A DNA stretch of 64,000 nt from IMG/VR virus record IMGVR_UViG_3300034683_000041, positions 32,001 through 96,000 of that record; one strand, given 5' to 3'. The notes under the pieces were generated by a model. That model was not told the DNA's origin. It did not search any database and saw only the letters and a list, made by a program, of their open reading frames with translations. Below are positions 56,892 through 64,000 of this stretch, in pieces. The stretch comes from a virus. The translations under genes were made by a program, and so were the position numbers. Every line of letters starts with the position of its first letter. Within the stretch, counting starts at the first letter, position 1.

Positions 56892-58493
56892 TTGGCACTT
56901 GATGATCTTGTTGTAGCAGCATCAGATGCTCTACCCGATTTTAATAAAGATCTACTGATCGAGTACCGGAAAAGACAAATCCATAATTGTACCAAATTTA
57001 TGGAGAAAGCATTCATTGAAGCAACTAAACACGTCGAAGGTGCAAGGTTCATCGGATCTAAAGAATTGAGTCCGGAAGAGCGTTTAAGGCTACTCAGTCG
57101 CGGAAGACATGTACCTACCATTGATATCAATAGATCAGAACTTAAGGTAGTGGAATTTACATTGGGATATGAAAATCAAATATTTCCTATTCATTTGTAT
57201 CTTCCCTACCTTATAGACAATGCTATTGTTGTTAATGGAGCGAAGTATTTCGTACAATTTGCGCTCACCGACAAAGTGTTTTATCACATCCCAAAACCGG
57301 AAGGTCTTGGGATTAAACTACTAGTAACGCATCTGCGTTTTTGGAGAAATCTACAATATACGGTTAGTGGACTCTACGGTACATACACTAACCAGATCAT
57401 CACAACAAAAATCCATCAGCGACAATATAAACCTACAAAGGAGGACATTCTTACTGCTCTTATCTTGTATCCTATCTGCTGGTACGGATGGAGAAAAACG
57501 TTAGAGATATTCGACATCAATCCGGAAGATGTCGAGTTTGTTCAGCATCCCAACAGAGAAGACAACACCTACGAATACATCTGCATTCGAGAAAAAGATA
57601 ACGATAGTATTTGGATGAAAACTCGTCCAGAACTGTTATCTGAAAAAGATGCAGAATCTCGAACAAAAGCCAGAGTCATTGCGTCTATTTTGTACGTACT
57701 GACTTATTTCGACAAATACCCGCAAACGATGTTTTCAGACAACAAAGCGCTTATTTCGTATCTCACTGATGATCCAGACAATGTGGTCTGGAAAGTCATT
57801 TTAGGAAAATCGATTTATGGAATCGACGAGAACGAAAGAAAAGCTATAGGATACTCTGAACATCATCTAAGTAGCATGACCACTTATCTGGATGCGACTA
57901 CTAAAGTCAATCTGGAAGCTTCTGGAGTTTATGTCAATGATGTGATGGAACTTATAGTGTACATCTTCAAAAACATAGACTCGCATGTGGTTAAACGGAC
58001 ACCGTCGGATCTTAGCAATAAACGTATCAACATGATAGATCTGTTGCTTGGATCAGTTGTACAAAAGTTATTTCGCAGAGTATTTAACTACACTAACCAC
58101 AAAAGTGGTATAACTGGAGATGCATCAAAAATCTTCAGACTTCCCATCAAATCCTTCACTGCACTCAACAAATCCGGTGCAATTTTGGCAATCAATCCGT
58201 CTACGTACAATGACAACGCATTGATAAGTGTTCTTGCAGGAAAGAAACGGACTACTCATTCCTCAGGAACAATTTCACGTAAACAGGGAGTCAATATCCA
58301 ATCGACAGATCACAGGTACCATCCTACGTGGTCAGTTGTGGAATCGGCGACATCTATCAGCATCCAGCATCCGGATATCTCAGGAGATATCAATGCTCTT
58401 GCTTGCCAGATCGATGATGCTGGTAATATAGTTATCCCTGATTTTGCACAGGCATTCATATCCGATATGATGGATCTGATTGTCACTTCATAA
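56892..58493 (+). CDS. Non-virion RNA polymerase beta, N-terminal fragment (phiKZ gp123-like)
   Basis: LPYL...IVVNGAKYFV, DLSNKRI and YHPTWSVVES...PDISGDIN, matching beta regions A-D. Confidence 0.75.
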   Translation: MALDDLVVAASDALPDFNKDLLIEYRKRQIHNCTKFMEKAFIEATKHVEGARFIGSKELSPEERLRLLSRGRHVPTIDINRSELKVVEFTLGYENQIFPIHLYLPYLIDNAIVVNGAKYFVQFALTDKVFYHIPKPEGLGIKLLVTHLRFWRNLQYTVSGLYGTYTNQIITTKIHQRQYKPTKEDILTALILYPICWYGWRKTLEIFDINPEDVEFVQHPNREDNTYEYICIREKDNDSIWMKTRPELLSEKDAESRTKARVIASILYVLTYFDKYPQTMFSDNKALISYLTDDPDNVVWKVILGKSIYGIDENERKAIGYSEHHLSSMTTYLDATTKVNLEASGVYVNDVMELIVYIFKNIDSHVVKRTPSDLSNKRINMIDLLLGSVVQKLFRRVFNYTNHKSGITGDASKIFRLPIKSFTALNKSGAILAINPSTYNDNALISVLAGKKRTTHSSGTISRKQGVNIQSTDHRYHPTWSVVESATSISIQHPDISGDINALACQIDDAGNIVIPDFAQAFISDMMDLIVTS

Positions 58494-58520
58494 AGCACTC
58501 AACCTACAATAAGGATAGTT

Positions 58521-60068
58521 ATGTCAAGGTTTTTATCTGACCCTCAGGTCGAACGACTGTATACTGAAGTAGCTACCGACGCTCTGAGTCAAATCGATTC
58601 TGATTATACGTTGGATGACCGAGAATATCGGCACGTAAAAGATGTTGTCTTTCGGAATCCGGATTTCATAGATACTGTCATCAAGAAATCAGTGGATCAC
58701 AATCGACGAATTCAGAGCCAAGATCTGTTCGATGCTATCATAGACGAACTTGAGTACTCGGTTCTGGATGTCGATCCTAGACGGGATGATCGCCGGGCAG
58801 GATATTCTCGATCAAGACGAGATCCGTATGACGATCGTGGGTATTACAACCAAGATTATCGGAGCACTCGTGGACGTCGTGATGAAAGAGGCGGAAACAA
58901 TACACGTGGGATTTATAGTAGACATCAAAAATCTGCTCCTGAAAGACCTGAAAGAGAATCCAAAAAAGAACGTTCTCGCAATACCGCATCAAGAGCAACG
59001 TCCCCTAGTTTTGTATTCATGAAGGACAATCAGGGATTGACGACTGAAACTCAGTCGAAAAATCACCCCACAGAATCTTCGTCTGCCGCAGAGCTGTCGG
59101 TGTTCCAAACCGTAGCCACTACCAAAGGACAAGTGGATGTATCAAAAGTGGATATTGAATACCTTATTCATTCTAAAGATCAGGCATTCAATATCATCGA
59201 AAAACATCTTCCTCAGGTACTAGTGGCACCTAAAAGTTTGGTCATCAGCAGTTATCAGCAGTTAAACTGGATCCGTTTAGAATCTGCATGCGCTACATCT
59301 CTCAAGTCAAGAATGGCTTCGCTGATAACTAAGTTGGAAAGTTGTTCTACATTTTCGACATTCTTAAGAACCATTGTTCCCATCTTCTCGACACTGCCGT
59401 CTTCGCGATACACCGAGTGGATTCGAAACAGATTCAATGAGATGCTTGGAAAGTATTACATCAGTCCGGAAAATCCCAATTGTTTCCCGGTTATAGGAGA
59501 CTGGAAAAGTTTTACTATCTTGGAAGATAAAAACACTCCGGAATTGCGAACGATCAACGAAACCATTCGAGATTTCGATACATTCGTCCAAGAATTATAT
59601 CTTGGATTACTGGATACGTTTTTCTGGGATACAAATGATGACGGAACAAAAGTTTCGCGCATCATCGATATAGAACAGCATCTTCCTACGGTATGTGCTG
59701 CTCCTGGATTGGACGTAGTAAATGACAACGGGCCGATCGTCAATTCACTCACTAAGAGTGATGCGAAAGAGCAAATAACAAAAGCATTTCAAGACAAATA
59801 TCTGTTCTTTACTACCAAACAGACATCTATATTTGTTAAAGGTAAAGCTAAAGATATTCTTCCTGCAAATGCAGTATCCATCTTGCCGGGATGCGGTAGT
59901 GTACCGGAACATCTCGCATTCGAAACTATAAGTCAAGCAATGATTGATCAATGCTTAGCGACCCGTACTGGACTGCCGAACGTAGATCTGTATTTTACCG
60001 AAGATCTGCATACCAAGTATGCTTTCAGTTCTACAACTGAAGGCATCACTGTGGTGAAGAAAGTATAA
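58521..60068 (+). CDS. Hypothetical protein with an R/D/G/Y-rich low-complexity region
   Basis: TAAGGA RBS; last gene of the operon; hairpin 60076-60107. Confidence 0.65.
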   Translation: MSRFLSDPQVERLYTEVATDALSQIDSDYTLDDREYRHVKDVVFRNPDFIDTVIKKSVDHNRRIQSQDLFDAIIDELEYSVLDVDPRRDDRRAGYSRSRRDPYDDRGYYNQDYRSTRGRRDERGGNNTRGIYSRHQKSAPERPERESKKERSRNTASRATSPSFVFMKDNQGLTTETQSKNHPTESSSAAELSVFQTVATTKGQVDVSKVDIEYLIHSKDQAFNIIEKHLPQVLVAPKSLVISSYQQLNWIRLESACATSLKSRMASLITKLESCSTFSTFLRTIVPIFSTLPSSRYTEWIRNRFNEMLGKYYISPENPNCFPVIGDWKSFTILEDKNTPELRTINETIRDFDTFVQELYLGLLDTFFWDTNDDGTKVSRIIDIEQHLPTVCAAPGLDVVNDNGPIVNSLTKSDAKEQITKAFQDKYLFFTTKQTSIFVKGKAKDILPANAVSILPGCGSVPEHLAFETISQAMIDQCLATRTGLPNVDLYFTEDLHTKYAFSSTTEGITVVKKV

Positions 60069-60227
60069 TTACCATATAGACTGGGTACTTCATTGTACCC
60101 AGTCTATACTTAAAAAAACTTTGTTTTTCCAGGAGAACGTTATCGTAAATATTTGTTACGGATTAATTACTTGAACAAGGTACTTGTGACAGCTATTGAC
60201 GTATAGTTATCTTAAACTGGAGACCAT

Positions 60228-62327
60228 ATGGACCAAGACCCAAAATACACGTTGTGGAGAACCCTTTCATTAATCATTTCCACAGCAGACAACGCGTATT
60301 ACGTTCGTAATGATCCTATCATGGACGATGCGCAGTACGATAAACTACGAATACGATGTGCTAAGCTTGAAAAAGAACTAGGAATCACAGAAGAAAATTC
60401 CGTCCTAAGCTCTATTCCTGGAAGCAGAGGGTCTGGACCAACTCGAGTGCACCCGATGCTAAGTTTGGCAAATATATTCACAAAAGAAGAGCTAGAAAAA
60501 TATTTACAAAGTCTTGCTAAAACTGGAATAGATATCGACAAGATCTGGTTTTATCTTGATCAGAAACTCGATGGAGTTTCTCTTGAACTTACTTATTCAA
60601 GAGATGCTTTAGAATCAGAACACGTACTAACTAGTGCAACAACTAGAGGAGATGGACACGTAGGAAATGAAGTGCACGATAACGTGGCATTTACCACACA
60701 AGTTCCATTAAATATACCTTCCACATACCGCACAGTTCCTATTCTATCGAACATAGTAGTTCGTGGGGAAGTTGTAGTTGATTACGTAGATTTTAATCGA
60801 ATAAATGTGGCAAGAGAACGTCTTGGACAAAAACCTTTTGTTTCTCCAAGACATGCAGCAGGATCATTAGTGGTCAATTCTAAACAATTGTCCGACTATA
60901 AAGATATACGAAAATCGAACCCAAACTGGAAACCGTGTAAGTTCTATGCTTACGGGGTAGACGATCATTCCGCGAATAATCGTTACGGTATCAGGAATTA
61001 CGTAGAACTAGTAGAATTCCTTAAAATCCTCGGATTTTGTACCATCCCGGGAATACTTGTAAGGCGTGATGCTATCTGGAAAACACACGAAAACCAGATG
61101 CATCAAAGACATTCCCAGGCGTATGCTTTGGATGGTACGGTGGTAAAGGTAATTGACTTTGGAGTATATGAGCAACTCGGAGTCACTAGTCATCATCCTA
61201 ACTATGCTCGAGCTATCAAATTCCTCTCCGAGAAAGCAACGACAAAAGTACAGTCAGTTGTCTTTCAAATCGGTCGGACAGGCAGAATCACTCCGGTTGT
61301 AGAAGTATCTCCGATTACGTGTGGTGGAGTTGTTATCTCCAGAACCACACTACACAACGTGGAATATCTCAAAAAGTTAGACCTGCACTATGGAGACATC
61401 ATCACCCTCAAGAGAGCAGGAGACGTTATTCCACAGATTGTGTCAGTAGATATTTCTCTACGGAAAGAGGATGCCAAAAAGATCGACATACCGACCAAGT
61501 GCCCGGTATGCGGAGCAACTCTCGACAACAGAGGAAAACAAATGCTTTGTCCGAACAAAAAGTGTTCGGGTCAACATCTAGCCCTTTTAACTGCAGCTAC
61601 TTCTAGAAGCGGGTTGCATTTGGAAGGTTTTGGGGAACAATTGCTTTCCCGGTTATACGATCAAGGATTCCTTGATCATGTTCTCGATCTCTTTTCGCTA
61701 ACTGCAGATCAGCTTCAACGAGTTGGTGTAAGTGCAGAGTATGCGGATACCCTGATATCTAGGATCAAAACAAAACTCAACAAATTGCAGCTGTTTGAAC
61801 TTTTGTCTATCCTAGGCATCTCCAATCTAAGTCGACATACTGCACAAAAACTTTGCCAAAACTTCCCGACCTTGACAGAGTTATATAGTGCAACTTGCGA
61901 CGAATTGATGCAGATAAACGGCATCGGTAAACTTACGACGAAAGCTTTGTATACTTACTTACGACAAATAGATCTAAGAAACGAATTATCTTCAAGAGGT
62001 ATCGCTTTGTACAGATCAACCCCTCAGGATTGCGACTCACAACTTTCCCATTGGAAGGTTTGTATTACAGGGACTTTTAAAATTCCTCGCAGAGAACTAG
62101 AACAACGACTGATATCCCATGGTGCAACGATCGTAAATTCGGTATCTTCCCGAACAACGCATCTACTGAAAGGAGAAAACTATGGAGAAACTAAGGTGGA
62201 CCTAGCCATCGAGAAAAGTATACCTATATTAGATCAAAGCGATCTGGATAGGATTCTTTTCGATTTCTCTACTTCGACTTCCTGTGAGCAAACAGGGGAT
62301 TCCCTGGAACATATATCTTTGGAATAG
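60228..62327 (+). CDS. ligA: NAD-dependent DNA ligase
   Basis: KLDG, TRGDG, VRGEV, GRTG, RAGDVIP, CPVCG zinc finger, HhH repeats and a BRCT domain (CITGTF). Confidence 0.97.
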   Translation: MDQDPKYTLWRTLSLIISTADNAYYVRNDPIMDDAQYDKLRIRCAKLEKELGITEENSVLSSIPGSRGSGPTRVHPMLSLANIFTKEELEKYLQSLAKTGIDIDKIWFYLDQKLDGVSLELTYSRDALESEHVLTSATTRGDGHVGNEVHDNVAFTTQVPLNIPSTYRTVPILSNIVVRGEVVVDYVDFNRINVARERLGQKPFVSPRHAAGSLVVNSKQLSDYKDIRKSNPNWKPCKFYAYGVDDHSANNRYGIRNYVELVEFLKILGFCTIPGILVRRDAIWKTHENQMHQRHSQAYALDGTVVKVIDFGVYEQLGVTSHHPNYARAIKFLSEKATTKVQSVVFQIGRTGRITPVVEVSPITCGGVVISRTTLHNVEYLKKLDLHYGDIITLKRAGDVIPQIVSVDISLRKEDAKKIDIPTKCPVCGATLDNRGKQMLCPNKKCSGQHLALLTAATSRSGLHLEGFGEQLLSRLYDQGFLDHVLDLFSLTADQLQRVGVSAEYADTLISRIKTKLNKLQLFELLSILGISNLSRHTAQKLCQNFPTLTELYSATCDELMQINGIGKLTTKALYTYLRQIDLRNELSSRGIALYRSTPQDCDSQLSHWKVCITGTFKIPRRELEQRLISHGATIVNSVSSRTTHLLKGENYGETKVDLAIEKSIPILDQSDLDRILFDFSTSTSCEQTGDSLEHISLE

Positions 62328-62356
62328 GTATGAGGGCCTTCGGGCCCTCATACCTG
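62327..62356. terminator. UUCG stem-loop terminator between convergent genes
   Basis: ggtatgagggcc-ttcg-ggccctcatacc followed by a T-tract. Confidence 0.8.
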
Positions 62357-62371
62357 CATCTTTTTGTTTGT

Positions 62372-63214
62372 TTAAATGTTTTCAGCTTTAATCAATGTAC
62401 CTTCTCCGAGAAAATATTTCCTGTCAAGTACAGATTGTGCAGATGTTACTGCCATACCTGTATTACAAATCTTGTAATTGAGCTGAGCATAGATAGCTTC
62501 TTTTGCGTTGAATGTTATATTGTCTGCATCGTACATCTGAACGATTTCGTCATTACCAGAATAAAGTCCCCATTCGGAGATCTTTGCATATCGCATATCC
62601 CCATTGTACAGGACGTTTATAGCTTCCATAACTTCATATCCTCTAACAGGAAGAAGTATTTTAGTTCCGACTACAATCTTAGAATTGTGTCCGGATTGTT
62701 CTCCGGAAGTCGACGGTACTGGGGGAGTGGGAGTCAGGTCGGATGCTGAGAAGATGTAAGGTTCTTGTTCTTGAGTTTCAGGATTGATTCTCAAGATTTG
62801 GACCTGAGTATCGAGCATGGTTATTTTTTTCAAATAATAACAATAGTACGGTTCGTTGTTGATAGTTTTACGTACACGCAAGCGATATTGTGTTCTCTCA
62901 GCTTCTGTGAGGTCTTCTGAGACAGGTACTACACGGAAAGGAATTTGTTCATAAAGTCCATGTTCTCTATTCCGAGGGATATGAGGATTTGCTAATATGC
63001 CATCGTCAGCATTTTTGAACCCTCGGATACCTATTCCAAAATACTGGATAACAGGACGAGTACTAGGAACTTTTTCATGGAACACCTGATGTGCGAAGTT
63101 CAATGTTGTATTTTGGTGAAAAGCATATTCCATAGGTAATCTTGCGTAAATATCACCAATAGCACAAAGATCAGTTTTGACGATGTGCTCGGCAAATTGT
63201 AAAGCTTCAGACAT
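62372..63214 (-). CDS. Conserved phiKZ-like virion structural protein (gp127-like)
   Basis: NTTLN, YFGIG, LYEQIPF, YRLR, YYLK, EAINVLY and ISEWGLYSG pattern. Confidence 0.6.
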   Translation of the reverse strand: MSEALQFAEHIVKTDLCAIGDIYARLPMEYAFHQNTTLNFAHQVFHEKVPSTRPVIQYFGIGIRGFKNADDGILANPHIPRNREHGLYEQIPFRVVPVSEDLTEAERTQYRLRVRKTINNEPYYCYYLKKITMLDTQVQILRINPETQEQEPYIFSASDLTPTPPVPSTSGEQSGHNSKIVVGTKILLPVRGYEVMEAINVLYNGDMRYAKISEWGLYSGNDEIVQMYDADNITFNAKEAIYAQLNYKICNTGMAVTSAQSVLDRKYFLGEGTLIKAENI

Positions 63215-64000
63215 TTACATTTCCTCCGAAATATTTTGAAGATTAGATCCAACATGGATCGAAAGTAACGTTTCAATGTGTGATTCAAGTTTTTGTGGGG
63301 TTATTCCTACGTTAAGACTATCTAAAGTATCGGCAGAATCATTTACAAGATTAGGAGTTAACCTTACTGTAATGTCCGTCAAATCAGAACTCATTACATA
63401 TCCATCAGCGATATAAATACCGTCCAAATCGGATAAATGTGCAAGATCTGAAAACTGATCGTTACTTGCAGAAATACTGAGTTTAGGGATATCTAATCTG
63501 TTATCGGATGAGATATCGTCTGCTACTCTACCTATAGTCAAAGGATCACTAATCAAGAAACTCAGCGTATCTCTTTGTGTTTCTAAAAAGGTTAATCTAT
63601 AACTGCACAATCTAATGAATAGATTTTTTAATCCATCGTATATACGTAATCTACTCGGATCGTGTGCAGTGTATTTGAAGAATATCGGATGAGTTACAGG
63701 AACTGCATTTGTTAAAACTTTATGACAAAGTTCTTTGAACATTTCCTGATCATTTCCAAGATTCTCGTATGCTCGGATTATCGTTTCAATATCTGGTTTA
63801 GATGCTATCCATGAACTGTAGTTCGGTTTATCTGTCAGATTCAAATCTACCATTTCTCTAACTGTCAGATAATCAAAAAACTTATTCATAGCATCGTGAT
63901 AGATAAGATTACCACACTGACGTAATCGTTCTTGTTGTACAACTAAGATTTCAAACTGTGCAGCTACATGATCGACAAATTCTTCCTTAGTAAAACTTGT
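63215..64000 (-). CDS. Virion structural protein, C-terminal part (phiKZ gp128-like); truncated by the window end
   Basis: Frame stays open from 63889 to 64000; contains LCSYRLTF; abuts the next gene. Confidence 0.55.
   Translation of the reverse strand, partial: TSFTKEEFVDHVAAQFEILVVQQERLRQCGNLIYHDAMNKFFDYLTVREMVDLNLTDKPNYSSWIASKPDIETIIRAYENLGNDQEMFKELCHKVLTNAVPVTHPIFFKYTAHDPSRLRIYDGLKNLFIRLCSYRLTFLETQRDTLSFLISDPLTIGRVADDISSDNRLDIPKLSISASNDQFSDLAHLSDLDGIYIADGYVMSSDLTDITVRLTPNLVNDSADTLDSLNVGITPQKLESHIETLLSIHVGSNLQNISEEM

Noticed and set aside
30594-62327. Introns or inteins in the polymerase, topoisomerase, RNAP or ligase genes
   Set aside because: The ORFs are continuous, with no C...HN-C/S/T splice motifs or homing endonuclease signatures seen. 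The GyrB insertion resembles the ordinary post-TOPRIM insert.
1-64000. Bacterial chromosome, suggested by gyrA/gyrB, ligA, rnhA, thyX, groEL and rpo-like genes
   Set aside because: The RNAP genes are fragmented and very divergent, the polymerase is family B, and the context is virion genes with phage promoter motifs.
1-64000. Stop-codon reassignment
   Set aside because: Conserved genes are full-length in the standard code, and TAG, TAA and TGA all occur as stops beside terminators or the next gene.

Overview
This AT-rich, densely coding 64-kb window reads as part of a phiKZ-like jumbo phage genome (Chimalliviridae-type), not a bacterial chromosome. The evidence is four separated fragments of multisubunit RNA polymerase beta/beta' (three virion-type, one non-virion-type), a stand-alone family-B DNA polymerase catalytic subunit, a phiKZ-like baseplate and internal-head block with S/A/G-x-E processing sites, and repeated TATATTAC early-promoter motifs. 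It also encodes GyrB- and GyrA-like subunits, NAD-dependent ligase, ThyX, RNase HI, an HD hydrolase, a GroEL-like chaperonin, a holin/M15 endolysin cassette, tail-fibre genes, an orphan HigA-like protein and tRNA-Leu(UAA). The most notable items are: an ADAMTS-style thrombospondin type-1 domain on a phage fibre-type protein; a 500-bp non-coding hairpin/direct-repeat/AT-rich element at a strand switch; an expanded family of packaged head paralogues followed by a metalloprotease and an ART-like protein; a HigA + tRNA + structured-RNA early cassette; and quinolone-resistance-type residues in both topoisomerase subunits. All calls come from reading motifs by eye. phiKZ gp equivalences are from remembered synteny and size, not from searches.
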